A DNA stretch of 64,000 nt from Acidimicrobiia bacterium (GCA_965209025.1 OZ242375.1:258302-322301), one strand, 5' to 3'; counted from the first letter of the stretch, positions 46,538-56,395 are shown. Notes: generated by a model not told the origin, from the letters alone. Program-made: numbers and translations.

Positions 46538-48190
46538 TCAGTCCAGGAGGTCCTCGTCCAGCTTGGCGAACAGCGGCCGGGGCGCTTCCAGGACGGCCGG
46601 GACCAACGGGGACCTGGTCCAGCCTCCATCCGCCACCGATCCCGGCTGTCCGAGCATCTCATGGAGCCTGTCTGAGGAAAAGGCCAGGTAGGGAGCGAAG
46701 GCCGTCTTCAGCCCGTTGATGGCCGAGAGGGCGGTGTGAAGCACCGTCTCGGCCCGGCGGGGGTCCTCTCTGCGCAATAGCCATGGGGCCTGGGCGTTGA
46801 GGTAGATGTTGACTGCCTGGGCGCCCTCCATCGCCTGGCGCAGGCCCGCTCGTAACTCCACCTTCTCCAGCATCTTGCCGGTTTGGGTCAGCCCTGCGTC
46901 GACCTTGGCCAGGAGAGCCACATCGTCGGTAGCCGGGGATTGGCCCTCCGGCGTCCTCCCCCCGTACCAGGAATAAGCCATGGAGAGCACCCTGTGCACG
47001 AGGTTGCCCCAGGTGGCCACCAACTCGTCGTTGACCCTCCGGATCAACTCGGCGTCGGAGAAGTCGGTGTCGTTCTGTTCGGGGAGCACCGATCCCAACG
47101 CGTACCGGAGGGCGTCGGGTTGGATGCGGTCGGCGTACCAGCCTATCGAGCGGCCCACTCCCCGGCTGCTGGAGGCCTTTTCCTGGCGGAAGGTCACGTA
47201 CTGGTTGGCGGGTACATCGGTTGGAAGGTTGAGCCCTCCGTATCCCATCAGCATGGCCGGCCAGATGACCGCGTGAAAGGGGATGTTGTCTTTTCCGATG
47301 AAGTAGTAGGACTCGGCGTCCGGGTCCTCCCACCAGCGCTTCCACTCGTCCGGGGTTCCCCGAATCTGTGCCCACTCCTTGGCAGCCGACAGATAGCCGA
47401 TCACCGCGTCGAACCACACGTAGATGCGCTTTTGGTCTCCCAGCCGGTCGGCGGGCGGGGGGAGGGGCACTCCCCAGGAGAGATCACGGGTTATGGCCCG
47501 CTGGGGTAGCCCTTCGTTCACCATGCCCATCGCCCAGTTCTTCACGTGGCGCCGCCATCCCTGTCTGGTGGTCAGCCACTCGGCCAGCCGGTCCCCGAAG
47601 GCGTCCAGGCGCAGGAAGTAGTGCCTGGTCTCCCGGGTTACCGGCGTGGCGTTCGACATCTTGCTGCGGGGATCGATCAACTCGATGGCGTCCAGGGTGC
47701 GGCCGCAGTCGTCACACTGGTCTCCCCGGGCGTCGCGGTAGCCGCAGTTCGGGCAGGTCCCCTCCACGTAGCGGTCGGGAAGGAACCGCTCCGCCTGCGG
47801 ATCGTACAACTGGATGGAGGCCCCTTCGGTTATGTAGCCCTTCTCCAGGAGGCGGGAGAAGACGTCCTGGGTCACGGCGAAGTGATTGGGGGTGCCGGTG
47901 GAGGTGTACAGATCCCAGGAAATGCCCAGCTTCTCCCAATCGGCGACGAACTCGGCGTGATAGCGGTCCACGATCGCCTGGGGCTCCACCCCCTCCTGGT
48001 CGGCGAGCACGGTGATGGGTGTCCCGTGGACATCGCTGCCCGAAACCATCAGCACCCGGTTGCCCGCCAGGCGGTGGTAGCGGGCAAAGATGTCAGCGGG
48101 CAGGTAGGCCCCGGCCAGGTGCCCCAGGTGGCGGGAGCCTGCTGCATAGGGCCACGCCACCGCAACCAGTATGTGACGTGAGGAGTTCAC
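46538..48190 (-). CDS. metG: Methionyl-tRNA synthetase
   Basis: Class I HLGH (AGSRHLGHLAG), zinc knuckle CPNCGY...CDDCG, and KMSNAT(P) = KMSKS. Confidence 0.92.
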   Translation of the reverse strand: MNSSRHILVAVAWPYAAGSRHLGHLAGAYLPADIFARYHRLAGNRVLMVSGSDVHGTPITVLADQEGVEPQAIVDRYHAEFVADWEKLGISWDLYTSTGTPNHFAVTQDVFSRLLEKGYITEGASIQLYDPQAERFLPDRYVEGTCPNCGYRDARGDQCDDCGRTLDAIELIDPRSKMSNATPVTRETRHYFLRLDAFGDRLAEWLTTRQGWRRHVKNWAMGMVNEGLPQRAITRDLSWGVPLPPPADRLGDQKRIYVWFDAVIGYLSAAKEWAQIRGTPDEWKRWWEDPDAESYYFIGKDNIPFHAVIWPAMLMGYGGLNLPTDVPANQYVTFRQEKASSSRGVGRSIGWYADRIQPDALRYALGSVLPEQNDTDFSDAELIRRVNDELVATWGNLVHRVLSMAYSWYGGRTPEGQSPATDDVALLAKVDAGLTQTGKMLEKVELRAGLRQAMEGAQAVNIYLNAQAPWLLRREDPRRAETVLHTALSAINGLKTAFAPYLAFSSDRLHEMLGQPGSVADGGWTRSPLVPAVLEAPRPLFAKLDEDLLD

Positions 48191-49206
48191 GGGTGATCGC
48201 GAAGTTTACCCGCGGCGGGAGGACCGGCGGATGCCGCCCGTCGCCGGTCGTCCTCTCGGTCGGGGCGGTCGCTGACCACGATTCCAATGGCCACCGCCGT
48301 CATTCCCACCACCAGTTGGAGGGTGACCGGCTCCGACAGCAGGACCACTCCCAGAGTGACTCCCAAGAGAGGCGAGAAGTACCCGGTGAGGGATGCCCGG
48401 GCGGCGGTGGTGATGCGGCAGGCCCACATGAAAGCGGCGAAAGAGATGGTGGTGGGAACCACTCCCATATATACGATCAGCCACAGCCCGGTGGCGTCGA
48501 TGGTGAGATACCCCTGGTACCCGTCGAAGGGAATCGACAACAGAGAGAGGATTACCGCCGAGGTCAGGTACTGGGAGACGATCAGGGGGGCGTTCCGGTG
48601 CCGGACCGCGTAACGACGGGTCAACGCGCCGCCCAGCCCTGCCGACAGGGCGCCTCCGGTCATCAGGACTATCCCCAGAATCCATCGGGAGGAGGGCTGT
48701 CCCACCGGCGCCCATCCCATCACGGCGATACCCCCGACGGCCATGGCCAGGCCCGGTAGGCGGGCGATCCTGAAGGTCTCTCCCGGTACCACCCAGTGGG
48801 TCAGGAGGATGGTGGTCAGGGGGATGATCGCCACGATCACCGCCCCGATGCTGGCCGGTATCACCAGGAACCCCAATGTGAACAGGATGGTGGGAATAGT
48901 CATGTTGAACACCCCGATGGCTGCCCCGGCCACCAGCGTTGCCCGGTCCATTCTGAGATTGCGCCTGGTCAGTGCCAGAGTGCTGATGATCGCCGCTGTT
49001 CCGATTGCCTGTTTGAGCGGAAAGATGGTGAATGGGCTGACCCCGAGGAGGAGAATCGCTCGGTTGGCGGCCGGCGCGCTTCCCCAGGCCAGGGAGGCGA
49101 TCATGATGGGAATCCACGGGTTGTGGGTGACTGCGAGCCAGCGCCCGCTCTCCCCGGACGCGGCCCCGCCCAGCCCGTTACGGATGGGGGTCTTGTGGCC
49201 GAACAT
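48187..49206 (-). CDS. DMT/EamA-family transporter (copy 1)
   Basis: 10-TM profile with two EamA halves. Overlaps the metG start. Confidence 0.8.
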   Translation of the reverse strand: MFGHKTPIRNGLGGAASGESGRWLAVTHNPWIPIMIASLAWGSAPAANRAILLLGVSPFTIFPLKQAIGTAAIISTLALTRRNLRMDRATLVAGAAIGVFNMTIPTILFTLGFLVIPASIGAVIVAIIPLTTILLTHWVVPGETFRIARLPGLAMAVGGIAVMGWAPVGQPSSRWILGIVLMTGGALSAGLGGALTRRYAVRHRNAPLIVSQYLTSAVILSLLSIPFDGYQGYLTIDATGLWLIVYMGVVPTTISFAAFMWACRITTAARASLTGYFSPLLGVTLGVVLLSEPVTLQLVVGMTAVAIGIVVSDRPDREDDRRRAASAGPPAAGKLRDHP

Positions 49207-49373
49207 GATTGGCGGTCTCTCCAGATCTGGATTTGGGGCGGCTGGGGTGGTGTGATTCCCTCAGGTGGCTTGTCGGGTTGGAGAGACCCACGGGCGAGAA
49301 AGAGGCGGGGGGCGAGAATGGACACTCTCGCTCCCGCTCCTCCAGCCCTTCGGGGTGACCCTCCCGGATGACT

Positions 49374-50372
49374 TTAGCAACGCGGAGCTGTCCGGGCTGC
49401 GGCTCTCCTTCGGTCGTCCTCTCGGTCTGGACGGTCGCTGAACACGACGCCTACCGCCACCGCCACCACTCCCACGATCAGCTGCAGCGTGACCGGTTCC
49501 GACAGGAGCGCCACTCCCCCCATGGCTCCCAACACCGGCACCAGGTAACCGATCAGGGCGGCCCGGGCGGCGGTGGCGATACGGGAAGCCCACATGAAGG
49601 CCGCGAAGGAGATCACGGTGGGCACCGCCGCCATATAGACGATCAGCCACAGGCTGGCCGCGTCGATGGTCAGGTATCCGGCGTAGCCGTCGAAGGGTAT
49701 CGAGATCAACGAGAGGAGCACCGCCGAGGTGATGAACTGGACGACGATCAAAGAGCGGTTCTGGTAGCGGACCGCGAATCGACGGGTGAAGGCTCCTCCC
49801 AACCCGGCGCAGGCCGCTCCGAGAGTGGTCAGGACCACGCCCAGGACCCATCGGGAGGAGGGTTGGCCGACCGGCGCCCATCCCATGATCGCCACCCCGA
49901 ACATCCCCATCAGAAGGCCTGGCAGCCTGCCTGCCCGGAAGCGTTCTCCGGGCACGACCCAGTGGCTGAAGACAATGGTGGTGAGGGGGATGATGCCCAC
50001 GATCACGGCCCCGATGCTGGCCGGGATTGTTTCGAACCCCAATGTGAACAAGATGGTGGGCACTGTCATGTTGAAGATGCCGATCACGATTCCCGCTTTG
50101 AGCGTGGCAGGGTCGATCCTGGGCAGGCGTCCCACCAGGGCCAGGGCGGAGATCACCATCAGGGCCCCTCCGGCTTGTTTGAGAGGGAAGATGGTGAAGG
50201 GACTCACACCGTTCAACAGAACCGCCTTGGTGGCGGCCGGCGCGCTTCCCCAGGTCAGCGAGGCGATGGCGATCGGTATCCAGGGATTGTGGGTGATACC
50301 ATGCCACCGGGTTCCGGCGCCTGTCCCATAGGCGGGACGCTTTCCTACAATCGGGGCTTCATGGCTGAACAT
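49374..50372 (-). CDS. DMT/EamA-family transporter (copy 2, tandem paralog)
   Basis: About 70-75% identical to copy 1 over its full length. Confidence 0.8.
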   Translation of the reverse strand: MFSHEAPIVGKRPAYGTGAGTRWHGITHNPWIPIAIASLTWGSAPAATKAVLLNGVSPFTIFPLKQAGGALMVISALALVGRLPRIDPATLKAGIVIGIFNMTVPTILFTLGFETIPASIGAVIVGIIPLTTIVFSHWVVPGERFRAGRLPGLLMGMFGVAIMGWAPVGQPSSRWVLGVVLTTLGAACAGLGGAFTRRFAVRYQNRSLIVVQFITSAVLLSLISIPFDGYAGYLTIDAASLWLIVYMAAVPTVISFAAFMWASRIATAARAALIGYLVPVLGAMGGVALLSEPVTLQLIVGVVAVAVGVVFSDRPDREDDRRRAAARTAPRC

Positions 50373-51320
50373 GCGGTGACTATTGCTCCGGGTCGAGCGG
50401 GCGCGGGATTGTCAGAGCGAGAACTCCGGTCTCTTGTGAGATCGGCCCCGCCGACCGACGAGGTGATGGTGGAGGAGCGGGTTGCGGCTCTCGCCACTCG
50501 TTCGATCAAGCGGGAAGCCAAGATGTGGGCCCTGCGGGCCGCCATATCCATGACCGACTTGACCACCCTCGAGGGGATGGACACCAAAGAAAAGGTAAGA
50601 CAACTCTGCCACAAGGCTATCAGGCCGGACCCTACCGACGCCTCCATTCCCTCGGTGGCGGCGGTGTGCGTGTACCCCAACCTGGTGGGGACCGCGGCGG
50701 AGGTTCTGGGGGGCAGTCCGGTCAAGGTGGCGGCGGTCTCCACATATTTTCCCTCGGGGCAGGCCCCACTCGACTTGAAGGTCGCCGAGACTGGGCGGGT
50801 GGTCGCCGACGGGGCGGACGAGGTGGACATGGTGATCGACCGCGGGGCTTTTCTTGCCGGGGACTATGTGAAGGTCTTCGCCGAGGTGGCGGCTGTCCGG
50901 GAAGCGGCGGGGGATGCATGCCTGAAGGTGATACTGGAGACCGGAGAGCTTGGGTCCTATGACAACGTTCGAAGAGCCTCGATGCTGGCCATGGCGGCCG
51001 GCGCCGACTTCATCAAGACCTCCACCGGCAAGGTCTCCCCGGCCGCCACCCCGGCTGTGACCCTAGTGATGCTGGAGTCGATCAGGGACTTTCATCGCAA
51101 CACCGGAAGGGCGGTGGGGATGAAACCCGCCGGGGGGATTGGCTCTGCCAAACAGGCCATCAGGTGGCTCGTGCTGCTCAACGAGACCCTGGGTGTGGAG
51201 TGGATGACTCCCCGACTCTTCCGTTTCGGGGCCTCAAGCCTGCTCAACGACCTGCTGATGCAAATCAGGTGGTTGGAGACGGAGAGGTATCAATCCCCTG
51301 ACTACTTCACCAAGGCCTGA
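50361..51320 (+). CDS. deoC: Deoxyribose-phosphate aldolase (long form)
   Basis: Schiff-base Lys region (ADFIKTSTGK), VCVYP and ADEVDMVI motifs. The ATG at 50361 overlaps the divergent EamA start by 12 nt, so the true start is uncertain. The ORF-track frame from 49368 is an over-extension. Confidence 0.78.
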   Translation: MAEHAVTIAPGRAGAGLSERELRSLVRSAPPTDEVMVEERVAALATRSIKREAKMWALRAAISMTDLTTLEGMDTKEKVRQLCHKAIRPDPTDASIPSVAAVCVYPNLVGTAAEVLGGSPVKVAAVSTYFPSGQAPLDLKVAETGRVVADGADEVDMVIDRGAFLAGDYVKVFAEVAAVREAAGDACLKVILETGELGSYDNVRRASMLAMAAGADFIKTSTGKVSPAATPAVTLVMLESIRDFHRNTGRAVGMKPAGGIGSAKQAIRWLVLLNETLGVEWMTPRLFRFGASSLLNDLLMQIRWLETERYQSPDYFTKA

Positions 51321-51324
51321 GAGC

Positions 51325-52806
51325 ATGGTCAGCCACGACTCCTTGGCGCCGCGTTCCGGGACAGGCCCGCCCATGTGGGAGTACCAGGAGTCCCGGGAGA
51401 ATCCCGACCTGGCCGGGATCCGCCAGCGGTCAGGGTTGTGGATTAACGGAGAGGAAACCGAACCTCTATCCGGAAAGTGGTTCTCCACCATCGACCCGGC
51501 CACCGAGGAGCATCTGTCGATGGTCGCCGAAGCGGGGCCGGCCGACGTGGAACGTGCGGTGGGCGCCGCCCGGGACGCGGCGGCGGGATGGTCCGGCATG
51601 CCCGCCACCGAAAGGGCAAAGTCCCTTTTCCGTCTCGCCCGTTTGGTCCAGGAGCGAAGCCGCGAGTTGGCTGTTCTGGACACGCGGGACGGGGGGAAGC
51701 CGATCCGTGAGGCGCGGGATGTCGATCTTCCCCTGGTGGCCGCCCACTTCTTCTATCACGCCGGGTGGGCCGACAAGCTGGAGTACGCCTTTCCGGGCGT
51801 CGAGCCCCGGCCGATTGGGGTTGTGGGACAAGTGATTCCCTGGAACTTCCCGTTGCTCATGGCGGCCTGGAAAGTCGCTCCCGCCCTGGCCACCGGAAAC
51901 ACCGTGGTCCTCAAACCGGCGGAGACCACCCCGCTCTCGGCGCTGCGATTGGCCGAGATCGCCGCCGAAGCCGGTCTCCCCCCGGGTGTGCTGAACGTGA
52001 TTCCCGGGGCGGGGGAGACCGGGGCTGAACTGGTGGGCCATCGCGGAGTGGACAAGGTGGCGTTCACCGGCTCGACCCAGGTGGGAAAGGAGATACGAAG
52101 GCGCCTGGCGGGCTCGGGGAGGGCGCTCACCCTGGAGCTGGGAGGGAAGGGAGCGCACGTGGTCTTCGAGGATGCACCGTTGGACCAGGCGGTGGAGGGG
52201 GTCGTGAACGGCATCTTCTTCAATCAGGGACAAGTCTGCTGCGCGGGCAGCAGGCTCCTGGTGCAGGAGTCGGTCGCCCCCGAGTTCGTGGACCGTCTCC
52301 GCCTGCGGCTGTCCACCCTGCGGGTGGGGGACCCCCTGGACAAGAACACCGACATCGGCGCCATCAACTCGGCGGCCCAGTTGCAGAGGATCACCGAGTT
52401 GGTGGAATCCGGGCAGGAGGAGGGCGCCCTCATCTACCAGCCCCCGTGCGAACTTCCCGAGAGGGGATTCTGGTTCCCGCCGACCCTCTTCACCGACGTC
52501 TCGCAGTCCCACCGCATCGCCCGGGAGGAGATCTTCGGCCCGGTGCTGTCGATACTCACCTTCCGCACCCCGGCCGAGGCGGTGGAGCGGGCCAACAACA
52601 CGCCCTACGGGCTGGCCTCGGGGGTATGGACCTCCAAGGGGTCGCGCATCCTGTGGATGGCCGACCGCCTGGCGGCAGGGGTGGTATGGGCCAACACCTA
52701 CAACAAGTTCGACCCGGCCTCCCCGTTCGGGGGAGTGAAGGAATCCGGATTCGGCAGGGAGGGGGGCCGGCACGGTCTTGCGGCCTATCTGAGAGGAGTC
52801 GGATGA
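51325..52806 (+). CDS. Aldehyde dehydrogenase (NAD(P)+)
   Basis: GQVIPWNFP, ELGGKG, FFNQGQVCCAGSR (catalytic Cys) and EEIFGPV motifs. Confidence 0.85.
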   Translation: MVSHDSLAPRSGTGPPMWEYQESRENPDLAGIRQRSGLWINGEETEPLSGKWFSTIDPATEEHLSMVAEAGPADVERAVGAARDAAAGWSGMPATERAKSLFRLARLVQERSRELAVLDTRDGGKPIREARDVDLPLVAAHFFYHAGWADKLEYAFPGVEPRPIGVVGQVIPWNFPLLMAAWKVAPALATGNTVVLKPAETTPLSALRLAEIAAEAGLPPGVLNVIPGAGETGAELVGHRGVDKVAFTGSTQVGKEIRRRLAGSGRALTLELGGKGAHVVFEDAPLDQAVEGVVNGIFFNQGQVCCAGSRLLVQESVAPEFVDRLRLRLSTLRVGDPLDKNTDIGAINSAAQLQRITELVESGQEEGALIYQPPCELPERGFWFPPTLFTDVSQSHRIAREEIFGPVLSILTFRTPAEAVERANNTPYGLASGVWTSKGSRILWMADRLAAGVVWANTYNKFDPASPFGGVKESGFGREGGRHGLAAYLRGVG

Positions 52807-53651
52807 TGGGCGAGCGGATGGCCGTTCGGAAGACCTACAAGCTCTTTGTCGACGGGGGGTTTCCACGGTCCGAATCGGGACGCACCTTCCCGTTTGTCTC
52901 CGAAAACGGCTCGGAAGTGGTCCAGATTTCGCGGGCTTCCCGCAAGGATCTGCGGATGGCGGTGCGCGCCGCCCGCGGCGCCTTGGCCGGATGGAAGGGG
53001 CGGTCCGGATACAACCGGGGCCAGATCCTCTATCGGGTGGCCGAGATGGTCGAAGACCGTGCGGCGACCTTCGCCGCCCAACTGGAGTTGGGAGGCTCCT
53101 CGGTCTCCGGCGCCCGCGCGGAGGTGGCGGAGGCCGCAGACCTCCTGGTCTGGTACGCGGGGTGGTGCGACAAATACGTGCAGGTGACCGGGAACATGAA
53201 CCCGGTGGCCGGGCCCTTCTTCAACATCTCCGTCCCCGAGCCGGTGGGGGTGGTGGGGGTGGTCGCCCCCTCCGCACCGGTCTTGCGGGGGCTTGTGGCC
53301 GGACTGGCACCGGTCCTTTCCAGCGGGAACACGGCGGTGGTGGTGGCGTCACCCGCCCAGCCGATGGTCGCCATCACCCTGGCGGAGGCGCTGGCCACGG
53401 CCGATGTCCCGGCGGGGGTGGTGAACATGCTCACCGGCTTTCCCGGAGAACTGGCGCCCTGGCTGGCTGGTCACATGGACGTCAACGCCGTAGACCTTTC
53501 CGGTGTTAATCCCGATGCCCTCCAGGACCTGGAGGAAGCCGCGTCCCACAACCTGAAACGCACCGGCCGCTGGGAGAGCCCCGACGCCAGTCTCTACAGA
53601 ATCTCGGCTTTCACCGAGATCAAGACCGTCTGGCATCCCAAGGGCCGCTAG
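52803..53651 (+). CDS. Truncated ALDH-like protein (about 280 aa, cofactor-binding half only)
   Basis: ATGA-coupled to the preceding ALDH. Aligns by eye to the ALDH N-terminal/NAD-binding region but terminates before the catalytic Glu/Cys region. Confidence 0.6.
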   Translation: MMGERMAVRKTYKLFVDGGFPRSESGRTFPFVSENGSEVVQISRASRKDLRMAVRAARGALAGWKGRSGYNRGQILYRVAEMVEDRAATFAAQLELGGSSVSGARAEVAEAADLLVWYAGWCDKYVQVTGNMNPVAGPFFNISVPEPVGVVGVVAPSAPVLRGLVAGLAPVLSSGNTAVVVASPAQPMVAITLAEALATADVPAGVVNMLTGFPGELAPWLAGHMDVNAVDLSGVNPDALQDLEEAASHNLKRTGRWESPDASLYRISAFTEIKTVWHPKGR

Positions 53652-53744
53652 CAGTCTCCACAGCGACCGGCGGGGCCGCCGGCAGGGAGAGGGCGCCGAG
53701 AATGGAGCCTCTTTTCGTTTACATTCCGTTAAGAAAGGGGGTAT

Positions 53745-53760
53745 CATCTCCAGCGTTCAT
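53745..53760. promoter_or_regulatory. Perfect inverted repeat GTTCA-N6-TGAAC, 47 nt upstream of the liv substrate-binding protein gene
   Basis: Reads gcGTTCAttgaagTGAACaa, inside an AT-rich leader. Confidence 0.3.
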
Positions 53761-53806
53761 TGAAGTGAACAACTTACAGAATTCCTTCGGAACAGAGGAG
53801 AGAAAC

Positions 53807-56377
53807 ATGCTCCGCTTACCAACAACTACAAGGGCTAGGGGACTGCTCAAGTTCCTGGTCGTGCTCTCTTGCGCAGCGCTTGTCCTTTCGGCTTGCGGCG
53901 ACGACGAGACCGAAGAACCGACCGCCACCGCGGCTCCGACCACTGCCGCCCCGGATGAACCTACGGAGGAGATGCCCATGATGGACCATCTCGGAGATGG
54001 TTCGTTGGGTGTTGTGGAGGTGGAGCCGGGTGAGGCTGTCCAGATCCGTTCGTTGAACGCGATCACGGGTGATGTGGCCTTCTTCGGCCTGCCGATCGAG
54101 CGGTCCGTGGTTTTGGCGATCGCCGACTACGGGCAGATTCATGGTTTTGATGTGGATATGGGTACCGGCTTGGATGACCTGTGTTCCAATGATGGGGGTC
54201 AGGCTGCGGCTCAGATCATCGTTGCCGACGAGGATGTGATCGGTGTGATCGGGACTTCGTGTTCCGGGGCGGCCACGGCTGCGGCGCCGTTGATCACCGA
54301 TGCTGGGATGGTGCTGATCTCGGGTGGTAACACCTCGCCTGCGCTTACTTCGGACCTGGCTGGTACGGCTGGAGCGAACTACAGCTACGGGTATTACCGG
54401 ACGGCTCATAACGACCTGTTCCAGGGTCGGGTGATGGCTGAGTTCGTGTTCAACGAACTGGGCATCTCCACTGCGGCTGCTATTCACGACGGAGACCCCT
54501 ATACGCAGGGTTTGGCGAAGGCTTTCACCGATGCGTTTGACGCGTTGGGTGGTGATGTGACCGGTTTCTCGGCTGTGAACAAGGAGGACACCGACATGGT
54601 GCCGGTGCTCACCGAGATCGCGGCGGGGAGTCCCGGGGCATTGTTCTTCCCGATCTTCCAGCCCGCCGGCGACTTCGTAGCCGAACAGGCCCCCGGTGTC
54701 TCCGGCTTGGAGAACACGGTGCTGTTGGCGGCTGATGGTTTGTTGAATACCTCGTATCTGGCTTTGTCGCAGACCGAGGGGATGTACTTCTCGGGTCCGG
54801 ACACCCGGTTCGGTCAGAACGTCAACGCCAGCACCGGTAAGACGGCCCAGGATTTCCTGGCTGCCTACGAAGGGGATTACGGCGAGGCGCCTGCCGCGCC
54901 TTTCTGGGCTCACGGCTATGACGCCACCACCTTGCTGCTCGACGCCATCACCGCCGCCTCCTACGTTTCCGAGGACGGCTCGTTGATGGTTGACCGCCAG
55001 GGAGTCCGCGAGTATCTCGACAACGTAAGGGACTACCAGGGTCTGATCGGCTTGATCAGTTGCGATGACTTCGGTGACTGCGGTTCGCAGTTGATCACCG
55101 TGGTCTACCACCAGAGCGCCGACAATCCGGAAGCCACCATGGGCAATGTCGTCTACTCCGGAGGCGGAAGCGGAGAGGGGACGATGGAGCCCCTCGGCGA
55201 CGGTTCTTTGGGCACCGTTACCGTGGAGCCCGGTGAGGCTGTCCAAATCCGTTCGCTGAACGCGATCACCGGTGATGTGGCCTTCTTCGGCCTGCCGATC
55301 GAGCGGTCCGTGGTGCTGGCCATCTCCGACTACGGGCAGATCCACGGTTTCGATGTCGATATGGGTACCGGCTTGGATGACCTGTGTTCCAATGATGGGG
55401 GTCAGGCTGCTGCTCAGATCATCGTTGCCGATGAGGATGTGATCGGTGTGATCGGGACTTCGTGCTCGGGTGCGGCCACGGCTGCGGCGCCGTTGATCAC
55501 CGATGCGGGTATGGTGCTGATCTCGGGTGGTAACACCTCGCCTGCGTTGACTTCGGACCTGGCCGGGACGGCGGGAGCGAACTACAGCTACGGCTATTAC
55601 CGGACGGCTCATAACGATCTGTTCCAGGGTCGGGTGATGGCGGAGTTCGTCTTCAACGAACTGGGTATCTCCTCTGCGGCTGCCATTCATGACGGCGATC
55701 CTTATACGCAGGGTCTGGCGAAGGCTTTCACCGATGCGTTCGACGCGTTGGGTGGTGATGTGACTGGTTTCTCGGCTGTGAACAAGGAGGACACCGACAT
55801 GGTGCCGGTCCTCACCGAGATCGCGGCGGGGAGTCCGGGTGCGTTGTTCTTCCCGATCTTCCAGCCCGCCGGCGACTTCATCGCTGAGCAGGCGCCAGGG
55901 GTTTCGGGCTTGGAGAGCACGGTGCTGTTGGCGGCTGATGGTTTGCTGAACACCTCGTATCTGGCTTTGTCGCAGACTGAAGGCATGTACTTCTCGGGTC
56001 CGGACACGCGGTTCGGCGAGAATGTCAACGCCAGTACCGGGAAGTCGGCCCAGGATTTCCTGGCTGCTTACGAGCGCGACTACGGTGAACCGCCTGCGGC
56101 GCCTTTCTGGGCGCATGGCTATGACGCCACCACGATGCTGCTGGACGCCATCGCCGCGGCTTCGCACCTCGCTGACGACGGTTCCTTGATAGTCGACCGG
56201 CAGGGAGTGCGTGCTTTCTTGGACGGCGTCCGCAACTATCAGGGTCTGATCGGGCTGATCAGCTGTGATGACTTCGGTGACTGCGGTTCGCAGTTGATCA
56301 CCGTGGTCCACCACCAGAGCGCCGACAACCCGGAGGCGAGCATGGGCAATGTCGTCTACTCCGGCGGAGGCAACTGA
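53807..56377 (+). CDS. Branched-chain amino-acid ABC transporter substrate-binding lipoprotein, tandem double-domain (two LivJ/LivK-like modules fused in frame)
   Basis: ATG 53807 with GGAGAG SD. Lipobox LSAC. Two type-I periplasmic-binding-protein modules, each about 390 aa, with DNA more than 90% identical by eye, joined by an SGEGT linker. Confidence 0.8.
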   Translation: MLRLPTTTRARGLLKFLVVLSCAALVLSACGDDETEEPTATAAPTTAAPDEPTEEMPMMDHLGDGSLGVVEVEPGEAVQIRSLNAITGDVAFFGLPIERSVVLAIADYGQIHGFDVDMGTGLDDLCSNDGGQAAAQIIVADEDVIGVIGTSCSGAATAAAPLITDAGMVLISGGNTSPALTSDLAGTAGANYSYGYYRTAHNDLFQGRVMAEFVFNELGISTAAAIHDGDPYTQGLAKAFTDAFDALGGDVTGFSAVNKEDTDMVPVLTEIAAGSPGALFFPIFQPAGDFVAEQAPGVSGLENTVLLAADGLLNTSYLALSQTEGMYFSGPDTRFGQNVNASTGKTAQDFLAAYEGDYGEAPAAPFWAHGYDATTLLLDAITAASYVSEDGSLMVDRQGVREYLDNVRDYQGLIGLISCDDFGDCGSQLITVVYHQSADNPEATMGNVVYSGGGSGEGTMEPLGDGSLGTVTVEPGEAVQIRSLNAITGDVAFFGLPIERSVVLAISDYGQIHGFDVDMGTGLDDLCSNDGGQAAAQIIVADEDVIGVIGTSCSGAATAAAPLITDAGMVLISGGNTSPALTSDLAGTAGANYSYGYYRTAHNDLFQGRVMAEFVFNELGISSAAAIHDGDPYTQGLAKAFTDAFDALGGDVTGFSAVNKEDTDMVPVLTEIAAGSPGALFFPIFQPAGDFIAEQAPGVSGLESTVLLAADGLLNTSYLALSQTEGMYFSGPDTRFGENVNASTGKSAQDFLAAYERDYGEPPAAPFWAHGYDATTMLLDAIAAASHLADDGSLIVDRQGVRAFLDGVRNYQGLIGLISCDDFGDCGSQLITVVHHQSADNPEASMGNVVYSGGGN
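53990..56370. repeat. About 1.18-kb in-frame tandem direct duplication (copy A about 53990-55170, copy B about 55190-56370)
   Basis: Long runs of identical sequence between the two halves of the SBP gene. Confidence 0.75.
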
Positions 56378-56395
56378 ACCGATAAATAACCACTG

